Shown in pieces: positions 28,258-40,903 of a stretch of DNA of 64,000 nt (position 1 is the stretch's first letter; the number at the start of each line of letters is the position of its first letter). The notes under the pieces are model-generated. The model did not search any database and had not been told where the DNA came from. It saw only the letters and a program-made list of their open reading frames with translations. The translations under genes were made by a program, and so were the position numbers. The stretch is from Eledone cirrhosa. Lineage: Eukaryota. The stretch covers positions 75,950,001 to 76,014,000 of the forward strand of contig OZ024740.1 of NCBI GenBank assembly GCA_964016885.1. The letters run 5' to 3'.

Positions 28258-28869
28258 TTTTCTGAGAGTATATTCTTATACCTACATTGGCTCTACTTCT
28301 ACTTCCTTTAAGGCAAGACTATATAACCATTCTTCCTCATTTAAATATCCACTTAAAAGAACAAACACTGCACTCTCAGAACTCACCTGGTCCTTAAAAG
28401 ACAAAAACATTAATTACAAAATTTCTTGGCGTAAAATATACAATGCTTCTCCATATTCTAATGCTTCCATACCTAGGGCTTGTAATTTATGTCTAGCTGA
28501 AAAATTTACCATTATCTCGAATTTCAACTCTATAATAAATAGACGCACCGATTTATTTGCTCTCTGCATCTATAAATCTCTTAGGTCATTTCACAAGTAT
28601 ACAGCTAATACCCTATATCTTATTCCACGAATAAAGGTTAAACATTTTTTACACATATATATATTTTTTTTTACACAAATATCTTTTTACACTTTTTCTC
28701 GCATATTTCAGTACACTCTACAAAGTTTTAAACATACTATGAAGTTATATGTTCTTCTACGCTTTAAATCACTCTACCAAATTCCTTTATCTACTTTTTA
28801 TTTTTTTTATTTTTCATGGTATAAAATATAATTTAGAGATATATCAGATGAATGAATGGTATTTAACTA

Positions 28870-29110
28870 ATGTATTGGTACGCGATGGGGCCCACACACA
28901 GCCCCGGCGGACCGAATGGAGAAGGCGTTTCCCCGGAGGACGGTAAGGGAGACGCGCTGGAAAAGCCACTCCAACTCGCGGGGCTCACACCTGCGGCTGG
29001 CCAGCTCAGCGCCTATGGTGGCGAGTAAGGAGGTAGCTCTGGGACCGAGGACACCAGAAGTCTCCACTGCCAGGGGAACGACCGCAAACCTGTCGGAGAG
29101 CGACCGGTAT
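28870..29110 (-). pseudogene. C-terminus of a restriction-like-endonuclease non-LTR retrotransposon (CRE-like)
   Basis: YRSLSDRFAVVPLAVETSGVLG..WLFQRVSLTVLRGNAFSI; GC-rich island in AT-rich DNA. Confidence 0.75.
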
Positions 29111-30388
29111 TTAAAAAAATACATATATACTATAAATATACAAATCAAACTTTATGAATCATAAAAGATGAGACACAGATTCAAAATAAATAAATAAATG
29201 GTTTGCGATCTTTTATGATTCATGAAGTTTGATTTGTATATTTATAGTATATATGTATTACATGATCCTAATATAATAATTGACGTAAAACCTTACTTTT
29301 AACAATATTAACAGTAACTTATTTATTATATTATAGTAAACTGACTAATATCGTCTTAAACTTTAAACAATATACTCTTTGTATACATTTAGACAAATGC
29401 GTATATCTAGTTTAATAATATCCTTTTTAAGTATAATTATAAGGCCTTTGGATACTTTAGGGCATTCTAATTGTTAATTTAAAATTTTTAAAGTTATAAT
29501 TGTAATTACTTTCTAAATTATATAATGATTATTTTTTTATATAAAATCTCTTTAATATAACATTTTTTTAATATAATTTAATATGGATGACCTTCGGGAT
29601 GAAGAAAATATTAAGTCTCTTCTCTCTCATGTTTGCAAATACTTTAAATATGATATTATACTATAATATAAATACTTATAAATTTTATAACCTGAAATAT
29701 TATACTTTTAGATTAATTCAGTATTTTGAACTAACATAAATGATTCGAAATTTAACGGTCATCCGGATACGTTTGGATATATATAATTGATTAATAGTCC
29801 ATTTCTAATTAACTTAAGGACTCGAAATTAAACCCTCATATAACTACACCCAGATATATTTGATATTTTGATTGATTGATTATTTCTAGATAATTCAACG
29901 ATTCGAAATTATTCATTCACAAAGCTATGCCCAAATGTATATTTATTTATTTATATATATATTTTTGCATAATCTAATTATACGCTATTTATCCACGACA
30001 ATACAAATCTCCCTCCTAAGCTTTATACTATAAACATCATTCTTCCTTGTCTCGCTATCCTTAATCAATTTTCTTTTGCTTTCGTGTATAAGATATTTCT
30101 ATACTTCTAGTAACTATCTTTTTCCTCATCTGTTTCTCTCTCTGTCTTTCTTCTTTCTTCAATAATTTAAATTATTTGAATCTCTAACAGTTATGTAAAT
30201 TTCTATTATATTAGTAGCTGTTTATTATTATGTATTTTATAAGCTTCCTCACACGCACCCTCTGTATTATATGTAATTTTTCATGTCTCAATCTTAAGGT
30301 ATATAAATATTGAGTTTTGTCATATCTTATTCACTGCCATGACTGAATTTTAACCATCTACTTAGTCAGGGTATGTCATGCATCATCT

Positions 30389-30455
30389 TATTTCATCTGA
30401 TGAGGACGTACTGTTGAAAATAGCTCAGTACCTCTGAAATATGTATAATAAAATA
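30389..30455 (+). ncRNA. Type I hammerhead ribozyme
   Basis: tatttcat CTGATGA ggacgtactg...cagtacctct GAAA tatgta TA ataaaata. Confidence 0.75.
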
Positions 30456-30503
30456 TACTTGATCATACGAATGTCTATTTTTGTTAATATTTTGAATTAA
30501 TAA

Positions 30504-30550
<47 letters not shown>

Positions 30551-30553
<3 letters not shown>

Positions 30554-30778
30554 CGCGAATAGATGGGTATCGTTTATTTATCTATTATTTCTTCATAGGT
30601 GCCTTTTAATCTTATAGCCTGGTTTAATTGTTTTTTTGTGTGGTTGATTATGCTGATTGGGAGAGGAGATGGTGTATATATCTTATCAAATGATTCTATG
30701 AACATACTTTATTGTATATTGCTCTGATTATTTAATTAATTAATTCGTCATTGAGCCACATCGTGAATGGTTGCCAAA

Positions 30779-30815
<37 letters not shown>

Positions 30816-31401
30816 CTTTGTATAGTTTGTGTATATGTAAATCTTTATATTTGATAATCTCCCATAAGGTTGAGATGCAATTTAGACAATATTAGGCTGC
30901 GCTTTCTAGCAGCCAGCCCACTTGCCGTAAGGCACCAATCACATTCTTTCTGACTTGACCACTGCCACGTCCCAGTTCTTAGCCATTTTGAATTCGTTTC
31001 TGGCGGGGATCATTTAAGAAAAATCTTCGTCCATGTGAGTTGTTTCGTGATGATTTCGAAGCTCGTGATATTTCCTAAAGCGAATTAAACCCCAAGGGGT
31101 TGAAACGTAATCTTGGTATGTTTATATACATTTTTTCCTTCTAACTTTAATTTTATACCTAATTGTGTATGGTTGACGATATATTTAATCGATTTCCACG
31201 TGCTATCGAAATGGTTGGTAAATATTCTATAGCTGTTGATCGCGAATATATGGCTGTCGTTTATTTATCTATTATTTCTTCATAGGTGCCTTTTAATCTT
31301 ATAGCCTGGTTTAATTTTTTTTTTGTGTGTGTGGTTGATTATGCTGATTGGGAGAGGAGATGGTATATATATCTTATCAAATGATTCTATGGACATACTT
31401 T

Positions 31402-31407
<6 letters not shown>
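30551..31407. repeat. ~170-bp direct repeats (30551-30720, 31238-31407) bounding an unclassified element
   Basis: gatcgcgaata...cttcataggtgccttttaatcttatagcctgg...atactttattgtat occurs twice. Confidence 0.85.
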
Positions 31408-31439
<32 letters not shown>

Positions 31440-31440
<1 letters not shown>

Positions 31441-32435
31441 TTTGGGAGGGTCATGTTGCCAATAAGAAACACACGCACCAGTTGCTTTCACTCCAATTTA
31501 TTATAAATTAAAGAATTTATAAATTTCCGGTTGGTTGGTTCCACAACCGGACGGTTGTTCATACATTGTCAAAGTTCTTTCGTCACACATTCTGTGACCT
31601 CTTCAGTGACTGGGGATTCTTTTCTTTGTTTCTGTGCCTCTCCTTTGTTCTGTCCTAACCATCTTGTTTTTGTGTGTGTTGTGTGCTTAGTTTGCGCATG
31701 TGTTACATCCGGGTGTCTGTGTGTGTTTATATTTGTTTATTTACTTGTTTATTTATATGTTACTGGTTGGTTGTTTGTTCTATGTGTGTTTTCATTTTGT
31801 CCTTAATTGTAAGTTGTGATGTTGCTATTCCATTCATATTTTCTATTTAATTTTGGTTGGAGTTCATTTATGTTTATTGCCTCTGTGATTTGTCTAAACA
31901 TTGCGTCTTTTCTGTGTGTAGATTCTATTTTTATTTCTATGTTACCTAATTTACCCTTATGTTCTATTTTAGCATGTTGGAGGAGTACAGATGATTCTTT
32001 TCTATCTTGAAGCTCTCGCCAGTGTTCATTTATCCGTTCTCCTATACTACGAGCTGTCTCACCTATGTACACTATATTCTTATCTCTACATTGTCCTTCA
32101 GTACATCTTATACTATATACTACATTTCTAGTTTTACAGTTAATATGGGGGCTTAGTTTACAGATTATACATTTCTTATCTATACAGGGAGGTCTTTGAA
32201 AAGGTATTGCTAATACGTGTTTTTATGGAGGTACCTGGTCTTTTTACTATCTTAATATTGAGTTTATGTTTATCTAGGGCCCTTCTAAATTTGTAAGCTA
32301 ATTCACCTCTAGGGGTTGTATTGATGAACATTACACTCTGGTATTTATTGCTATCATACCATGAGTTTATTCTATTAACCTTATTCCTAGTTCTTTCTAT
32401 TCTATTCCAAAATTTGCTCCTATACAAGGGACAGG
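31440..32435 (-). mobile_element. 5'-truncated PLE (GIY-YIG + pseudo-LTR)
   Basis: VMFINTTPRGELA..IKIVKRPG; YIGETARSIGERINEH..RQITEAININELQPKLNRKYEW. Confidence 0.88.
31568..31610 (-). ncRNA. Minimal type I hammerhead ribozyme
   Basis: Minus: gtca CTGAAGA ggtcaca-gaatg-tgtgac GAAA gaac TT tgac. Confidence 0.78.
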
Positions 32436-32458
32436 TCCCATTATATATATATATATAT

Positions 32459-32757
32459 CATCATCATTCATCATCATCATTTCATTTTACGTCCGCTTTT
32501 CCCTGGGACGAGAACTGATTCTGGCTTGATTTCTACAGCTGGATGCCCTTCCTAACACCAACCTCATTTACAGTGAGTGCTAGGTGCTTTTTTGCGTGGC
32601 ACCTACACAACCACTTTTTTCTACAGCTGAGTAAACTGGAGCAATATAAAATAAAGTGTCTTGCTCAAGGAAACAACACATCACCCGGTCTGAGAATTGA
32701 ACTCGCAACCTTTCGATTGCAAGGCCAATGCTCTAACCACTAAGCCATGTGCCTCCA
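32459..32757 (-). mobile_element. SINE family A
   Basis: Reverse complement of 61008-61333 with internal deletions. Confidence 0.85.
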
Positions 32758-32773
32758 TATATATATATATATC

Positions 32774-33576
32774 CGAACTTATATTCATGGAAATTTGGGA
32801 CTTGACTCTTTCTTCCTCACTTTTCGTTGCTTCACCGTCTTTGTTTGTTTACACTCTCGTGTCCCCTTTATTTACGTGTCCCAACGACTTTTTTTAGCCG
32901 TTGCTCGCACCAACCGGAGGTATATGGTCTTTAAAGCGATGAAATACCAATGATGGTTGGAAGATCACTGATGAAGGACTAACTTTATTCATATGTAACC
33001 CATTAGCAACCACGCAGCACGTTTATTCTCATATTTACACATATATTTCCTCTTTCTCTGTATCTTTACCCTCTCTAACAGTCACTCTCTCTGTTAGCCT
33101 CTTCCTCACCCTTCACTCACTCACTCTCTGTTACTACCTCTCCTCCTCCTCCTTCTTCCCGTTTGACCTGTGCGTAATTCTTTTCTTTCGCACCCTTGGT
33201 CAGGCAGGTTCGCTTTTTTTCTCTCTCTCGTCTACGATTTCACAGAACTTATGTTCACCGAATTCACAGACTAGATTCCTTCTTCCTCCCGTTAGACCTG
33301 TACGGAATTCCTTCCTTGCTCATGTTTTGTTTGATGGTCTTTATTCTCTCTCGTTCACGATTTCACCGAACTTATATTCATGGAAATTTAGGACTTGACT
33401 CCTTCTTCCTCACTTTTCGTTGCTTCACCATCTTTGTTTACACTCTCGTGTCCCCTTTATTTACGTGTCCCAACGACTTTTTTTAGCCGTTGCTCGCACC
33501 AACCGGAGGTATATGGTCTTTAAAGCGACGAAATACCAATGATGGTTGGAAGATCACTGATGAAGGACTAACTTTA

Positions 33577-33582
<6 letters not shown>
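32774..33582. repeat. Partial-tandem element: ~220-bp direct repeats about 590 bp apart, between (TA)n
   Basis: ccgaacttatattcatggaaattt...gatcactgatgaaggactaactttattcata at ~32773 and ~33366. Confidence 0.85.
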
Positions 33583-33616
<34 letters not shown>

Positions 33617-33619
<3 letters not shown>

Positions 33620-33746
33620 CAAAGGAATTGTGGTAAGAACCAAATGGACCATAACACACCAGAGTACTCAATACTTAGGGTAGTAGAGGTCCTGAAATAG
33701 CCGTCGAAACGGCTTGAGCTCTGTCGTCGGGGTCATACTTTTATCT
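33617..33746. mobile_element. Family P element with the inner palindrome arm deleted
   Basis: Homologous to 18070-18260. Confidence 0.75.
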
Positions 33747-34289
33747 ATATATATATATATATATATATAATAAAAGCACCCAGTTATGACTGGGAAGGCA
33801 TCCAGCTACAGAAACAAAACCAGAACCAAACCGGTTTGAACAAGACATGGTCACCTGACCTATCATTCCTATAGCAGTATAATCCTGCCTAAACCGGGGA
33901 AGTGTGAAAAATGGACGTAAAGACGGAGATGATGATATGTGCATATATACAGAAATATGCAGGGGGGGGGGGCTAGTTTGCCTTAAAAATGTGAGGAGGG
34001 GGACAAACCAACATTTGTTCATTCTTAAAGGAGCATAAATTGCTTATAGTGCCTTTCCTGGACCCTATCACATCAGTGAAACTTCACGCTAATTAAATTT
34101 TATATATTCAAATGAAGTTCAGATATTAAAAAAATAAGCTTAAAAAGAATTTATTATATCAAATAAACAAAAAATAAAACATAGAAGTTTGAAAAAATAG
34201 AGGGGGGGGGGGGCTTGAACCCTGCTACCCCCCTGAAACAAGGCCCTTGCAAATATGTATCTATAGACCATGTGTATATATGTATATAA

Positions 34290-34510
34290 CATCCAGCCCA
34301 CACTATAAAGTGGACGTGTAAAAGACACGGCAAAAAGCACCCAGCACACAGTCAATATGGTTGGTGTTATGAAGGGAATCCAGCCATAGAAAACCATCTA
34401 GGAACACACCTATAGGAGCGAGACACGGTCACCCGACTCAACTTGCCCCTAAATAGGACCCGTCTAACCCATGATAGCGTGGAAGATAGACGTAATCGAT
34501 GATGATGAGG
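34290..34510 (+). mobile_element. SINE family A-related 3' part
   Basis: catccagcccacacta..gcacccagcac..gtctaacccatgatagcgtggaa..gatgatgatga. Confidence 0.7.
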
Positions 34511-34537
34511 AGGATATATATATAGAAAGGTATATAC

Positions 34538-34570
<33 letters not shown>

Positions 34571-35387
34571 AATATATAGTAAAATAATAAATTTGAAGAC
34601 TAAAATCCAAAGAGGGCTCGATAAGGATAAATATATATCAAATATACAAGAAAAACCCGTTAAGGATGAAGGCAGCGATTCTTTGCTTAAACTTTAATCT
34701 GTTATTTTAATAAATATATATAAATATATATATATTTATTTATTATGTAATAAACAACATAAGATAATTATTTCATTTACCAGTGGTTTCTTGAAAGCAG
34801 ATATTTATGTTTTCAGTCGTCAGAATGAATAAAAAAAACATGGTGTTTTATTAAATATGGATTTGAAAACAAAAATATTTAAGAAATATGAAAGTGAGGC
34901 TGAGAAACAAACAGACGAAGTATATATATGCGTATATATGTGTGTGTGTTTGTATATGTTTATTATATTTATTAACTTTGCTTTTCATCCTTACGGGGTC
35001 GATAAAATAAAGTACCAGTAATGCACTGGAAATTGCTAGCCTTGTGCCACAATTTTATTTATATGGTTAAATGTATGTGCTTATGTATATGTGTGTGTGT
35101 ATGCGGCTACATATATACTTTTATATACATGGGCTATTTTTTGTGTGTAAGGCTTTACGTAAGGTTTTTTGTATCCGTGTGATGATTTTATTACGTGCGT
35201 GTGCAAGCGCACTCATTTTTTTACGTATGTACGTAGGTTATGGACCTATGGTCTTTTTTGTAGACCCTTATGTGGATGCGTGTGTAATATGGTTGTATGC
35301 ATGTTTTTATATACGTATGTATGTGTGTGGTTGTGTATGTATATTTTTACTTTTGCAGTCATGTGGATGTGCGTATGTACGTATGTT

Positions 35388-35454
<67 letters not shown>

Positions 35455-35529
35455 TGTGTGTGTGTGTTTTTATACGTGTGTATGAGTATCTATGCATGTT
35501 ATAATATAATATAATGAAATTATTGTGTA

Positions 35530-35985
35530 AAGTGTTCAGGTGCGCTACAACTCGTCAAAGGTGTATGTATAGTACATAGAATAATACACAAATGTCAGGG
35601 AAGTGAATAGTGTATGAGTCATGATATACATGTGTGTATGTGTATGGAGGGGGAACATTAGGTGTAGTGTTGGCGGATCTCGGGAAGCATGGAGGCCTTA
35701 AAGGATGCAGTGTCTCGACAGCTAACTACTGATGCAGGTAGTTTGTTCCATGCTTCAGCAACTCTGAGCGTGAAAAAATGTTTCCGAAAGTCATAGGAAC
35801 TGTGCTATTTTCTGACTTTGTGGGCATGTCCACGTGTGTTAGACACATGGAAATCAAAAAGGTACTCAGGGTTGTTGTTGGCAACATGGTTAACAATTTT
35901 GTGGGTGTTTACCAAGTCAGTTGCCAGGCGTCGGAGCTTCAATGTATCCATGCCCAGGGAAGCAAGGCACTCAGAGTATGGTAGA
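35530..35985 (-). pseudogene. CR1-clade LINE 3' fragment
   Basis: Minus: TRGHAHKVRK*HSSYDFRKHFFTLRVAEAWNKLPASVVSCRDTASFK. Confidence 0.8.
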
Positions 35986-35987
35986 TG

Positions 35988-36018
<31 letters not shown>

Positions 36019-36042
36019 CTGTATGTATGTGTATATTTATGT

Positions 36043-36999
36043 ACTAGACATGAAAAATGCGCAAGCTCAAAAGTGCCACAGAATGTTATAATAAACCTTC
36101 AAAAGTGTGGGACTAGAGTTGTTGCTAAAAAATATTGTAATCATTATATATCGTACATTCTGAGGCATCCTTTATAAAAATAGCTTAAACCAACGAAGCC
36201 TTTATTTTTACGCTATTTCACTTAGTTAATTCTTAGAGTGTAACATATAAAAATATGATTTACAACTATAAAATAAATTAATTAATATAATAACAGAGCT
36301 GCGGAGCTGAAATTTAGGAAATAATGGAGTATCGGATCCTGAGTTGGAGCCAGTCAATTTTTGGCCGACTCCGCAGCCCTGTATAATACATTTCATATTA
36401 AAGTTATTAATAAACCTATTTTACACTTCATGCAAATTACCACGAGATATTGATATTAGATATAAGATACAGCGCAATATCTACAGCTGTAAAAGTACGA
36501 AAGCGAAGTAATAATAAGTGGCTTAAGGTAATTCCAATATGAAAGTTTGTAGTGATAAAAATTTGATAATGCAATACGATTGTTAATATTATAGTTCTAT
36601 GAAAATGTAACAATAGATAACTAAATTATTTTACTATTAGTATATTTAAGAAATTATCATTATAGATTTGATTGTTCATATAAGCATCATATTAAGTTTC
36701 AACACAATTATTTTGTTACTATGAGTATATGATAATAATATTACGTAATTATTTATAGCTGTTATTACATTAAACATAGATGTATTTATTTTTATATGTT
36801 ACACTCTAAGAATTAACTAAGTGAAATAGCGTAAAAATAAAGGCTTCGTTGGTTTAAGCTATTTTTATAAAGGATGCCACAGAATGTACGATATATAATG
36901 ATTACAATATTTTTTAGCAACAACTCTAGTCCCACACTTTTGAAGGTTTATTATAACATTCTGTGGCACTTTTGAGCTTGCGCATTTTTCATGTCTAGT
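36043..36999. repeat. Inverted repeat, ~213-bp arms (36043-36255, 36787-36999)
   Basis: actagacatgaaaaatgcgc... versus ...gcgcatttttcatgtctagt; I saw one mismatch. Confidence 0.95.
36294..36381. mobile_element. 88-bp hAT-like MITE
   Basis: TIR cagagctgcggag / ctccgcagccctg; flanks tataataa / tataatac (7 of 8 bp TSD). Confidence 0.65.
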
Positions 37000-37569
37000 T
37001 TAATATTTTTTTAAGGCAACGCTTGTAATAACTCTAGTTAAACAGGATATATATTAATAATAAATTATCGTTGTAATGTAATTAGATTATGTAATTGTTA
37101 TTATAAATTATCTTATAAATATTAGTGTAAGATGTATAAAAATATTTTCAGACTTTTAATATAAACAACTACAAAAAACAATCAATATTAAATCAATATA
37201 TTATACATAATAGAAAACATAAAATATACAATACAAAAACAAAATATTTACATACAATTGCAATTATCAGTGTATATACATTTTCTTTATATTCCCTGAG
37301 CAAATTAATAAGATTTGTTTTTATTGTACATAATTTGATGACTTGTTGCAACAATTTGTGATTAAATTGTTATCTTAAGCAACTCACTTTTTAATAGTTG
37401 TTGGCTGAGCGAAATTGTAAAAGCCTATGAGCAAATATAAAAAAAAATACACAAACAACATTTCCTTGTGTTATTACAACATTAGATAAAATAATTGAGC
37501 AATGTAGTTATATTTTGCTCTTATTGCACATTAATAGTGTTTCTATTTTTCGGCACAAATCCATTACGG

Positions 37570-37705
37570 CAGTCCATTACTGGTACTTTATTTTATCGAA
37601 TTAGTAAGTATGAAAGTCGAAGTTAACCTCGGCAGGATTTGAACTTAGAATGCAAAGGACCATAACAATACTGCAAAGCATGGTGTCTGACGCTCTACCA
37701 ATACT
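37570..37705 (-). mobile_element. SINE family B (diverged); partial copies at 34970-35050 (+) and 38550-38598 (-)
   Basis: actggtactttattttatcga...aacctcggcaggatttgaact. Confidence 0.75.
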
Positions 37706-38095
37706 TGTGTTGAGCTGGTCATTAATTTATGGTGGTCGTGCGTGGAGTAGAGCAATCGCTAGTTGAAATATTATGAACAAAACATTTTTATTTGCCGAAG
37801 AACATATTTTCAATACTGTTTGTGAATGTGACGAAGGAAATACATTCTGATATGGAACAGTGTACAAAGTGTGTCTGTGAATAACATAATGTTACCTCAT
37901 GTTGTTGTCAAGACATAATGGATTTCGTATATCCAGTTAGAAGATGAAACCTAGCCATCTCGGATTAGTTATATTTCATGCCATGTGTAAACGTGTTTGA
38001 GGATAGCAAAATATGCGCGTTAATTATAATAATTAGTTAATAATATTACAAAATATACCTAATTAAACTCTTTGCTTGAAATTTTATCATTCTTC

Positions 38096-38190
<95 letters not shown>

Positions 38191-39607
38191 TCTAGTCCTT
38201 CGCTCAAGATTAATCTATAAGTTTAGATGTTTGCCTTCGTTTAAGTAAATATTACAGTAAGATTTTTAATATAAACAACTACAAAAAACAATTAATATTA
38301 AAACGAAAAAATTATCAATGATAAAAGAAGCGGATGCAACTTTTTTTTTTATAAAGTTATATTCCTGTTTCTTTAAAGAACATTTCATTTTTGTTCTATT
38401 GTAGGCGAAATAATGCAATGGTTTAATAGGGAAGATATAACTTACGAATTATGTCTCTAACCGTGTAACGCTTTTTAAGTAGATAACTACAATTGAAAAT
38501 ACTAAAGAAATGGAACCAACAATTCAATTTGAAAGTCGTCTAGTGACAGTGTATTACTGGTACTTTATTTTATCGACCCCGTAACGATGAAAGGCAAAAA
38601 TGCAAATGCTTAAAATTTAAATTGCCTTAATTCTATCGTCTGCTGTTTCATTAAAGGGAGATTATCGTCTGTATTTAATTCTATCGTCTACTGTTCCACT
38701 AAACAGATATACCTCCACTATCGTCTCTATTTATACATTTTAACTTATAACTTATACACATTTGATTTGAAATATTTTATCTAGTCCCCCCTCTCAATAT
38801 TATGATGATTTCTTTCGAATGAAACAGTTCTAGTCCTGTAGAAGCCATTTATATATATAATTGAACTGAGTTAAAAATTCACAATATTTATAATTAAATA
38901 AGCTCATATATATATGTGTGTATTTATCTGTTTATTGTATTATATATAATGTGTGTATATACAGGATGTCCCCCAAAAATATATACACACTTCAACAGCA
39001 TTCTAATAACTATTGCCTGTACAGGTAATCAAAGTGTCAATCGAATGTTAGTTTCGTGTTTTAACAGTACAAATTTACAATACACACATAAAACCAGTGT
39101 ATATACATACATGAGTGTGTATACACATACATGAATGTGTATATACAATATATATGTATATATATATAGACACATATATTCACGGTGCAACGGTACATTA
39201 AAATATAGATGCGGGAGAGGGGGGGGGGGGGTGTATATATAGGGGCGCTGGGGATAAAGGAGTGTAAAGCGTGTGTAATTGATATATTGAAGGAGAGGAG
39301 CGTGCAGCGATAGAGTAACAAATATATAGAGAGGGGGAGAGATGGTATTGAGGGGGAGGAGTGCAAAGCGAAAGAGTAAGAGATATATATAGAGACGGAA
39401 CAGATAGAGAGAAACAGGCGTAAGTAACAGTGGAAGAGATATAGAGAGAGGTACTCTGATTGGTTGAAAATTAGCCAATGACATACGATCACCACCACCA
39501 CGGCTATCCCCGAAAATTTTTTAAAGAAGCTAGGCATATATGTTAGAACACGAAAAGTGAACATTCTGTTGTTTCACACTTTTCGTGTTCTAACAGATAT
39601 ATATTTG

Positions 39608-40259
39608 GGCATACGTCAAAACGGCCGGTCGCAAAAGTGAAACTAATTTTTGACGACAATTACGGTTCGTCGATCATTGTAGAGATCGACGAATCAAAAT
39701 ACTTTCATAGAAAGTATCATCGTGGCCAGTGGAGACAAGGCCACTGGGTCTTCGGCGCTGTAGAATGCGATTCTGGACGCTGCTGCCTCATCGAAGTCCC
39801 AGATCGAAGCCGTGAGACTCTTGTCCCCATCATACAGCAATGGATTTTGCCAGGAAGCCACATCATGTCCGATGGTTGGGCTTCCTATTTGGATATTGAA
39901 GACATTCAAGGTGGCATTTACCTCCATGATGTTGTTGTGCACCAACGGAACATTGTAGATCCTGAAGACCCTAATGTGCACACACAACTCATAGAGAACA
40001 CATGGAGCCGTGCAAAGAAAAAGTTTCGTCGCCAGCATGGGACAAGCGATGCTTTATTACCCTCATATCTAGCTGAATTTCTTTGGCGGCAGAGAGTTGG
40101 TGCCAACAAGTTTGGCGAGATGATCAACTGTATTTCAGCTATTTATCGGGTGTAATAAGGATTTTCATAAGGTACGTCAATTTATAAATTGAAAATAATG
40201 ACGTACGTAACTGTCAAAAATTAGTTTCAGTTTTGCGACCGGCCGTTTTGACGTATGCC
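39608..40259 (+). mobile_element. Merlin (IS1016/ISXO2-like) DNA transposon, internally deleted
   Basis: 47-bp TIRs starting GGCATACGTCAAAACGGCCGGTCGCAAAA; 9-bp TSD ATATATTTG on both sides. Confidence 0.93.
39655..40155 (+). pseudogene. Merlin DDE transposase catalytic domain without N-terminus
   Basis: VEIDES..RKYHRG..WVFG..IMSDGWASY..VHTQLIENTW..YLAEFLWR; frame open but fused directly to the left TIR. Confidence 0.88.
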
Positions 40260-40860
40260 ATATATTTGTATATGTACATCTCGTGTATATGTTTGTTTTA
40301 ATTTGTTTTTACCCCCCCCCCCCCCCTCCCCCCTCTTATCGCTGTCAACAAGTCTCCCTTTCGCCTTTATTTTATTTTGTATTTTTTGACTCTATATTTT
40401 TTGTTCTTATTCATTTATTTATTTTTACTTCATGTATATGTATGTGTTTGTATTTATGATCCTGTCTGCAAACGCTAATACGTTTATGTGATATAGTAAT
40501 TGTCTTCGTACCTTTTAAGTATATGTACGTCGTTTGGTGAGTCTGCTTACGTTCTGGATTGATTTTTTTTAATATATATTTATATATTTTTTATAACCCT
40601 TCTTTTTCGTCTGTTTGTTTCTCAGCCTCACTTTCATATTTCTTAAATATTTTTGTTTTCAAATCCATATTTAATAAAAACAGCATGTTTTTTTTTTATT
40701 CATTCAGATATTAATATTCAACAGATATTAATATCTGCTTTCAAGAAACCACTGGTAAATAAAATAATTATCTTATGTTGTTTATTACATAACTAATAAG
40801 CTCTTAACCTACATAGAGCATTTTTTTTCCCTGTACCTTTCCGACAGACTTACTTCATTC

Positions 40861-40894
<34 letters not shown>

Positions 40895-40903
<9 letters not shown>

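Larger units (their letters stand above)
28267..30505 (+). mobile_element. 5'-truncated PLE: GIY-YIG remnant (no ATG, absent from ORF track), long 3' UTR, hammerhead
   Basis: From 28277: YTYIGSTSTSFKARLYNHSSSFKYP..TALSELTWSLKDKNINYKISW..ACNLCLAEK..INRRTDLFALC. Confidence 0.8.

Noticed and set aside
39637-40155. Bacterial ISXO2/IS1595 transposase as contamination or recent horizontal transfer
   Set aside because: Embedded with a TSD in eukaryotic repeats and fits the established Merlin superfamily; no independent evidence of transfer
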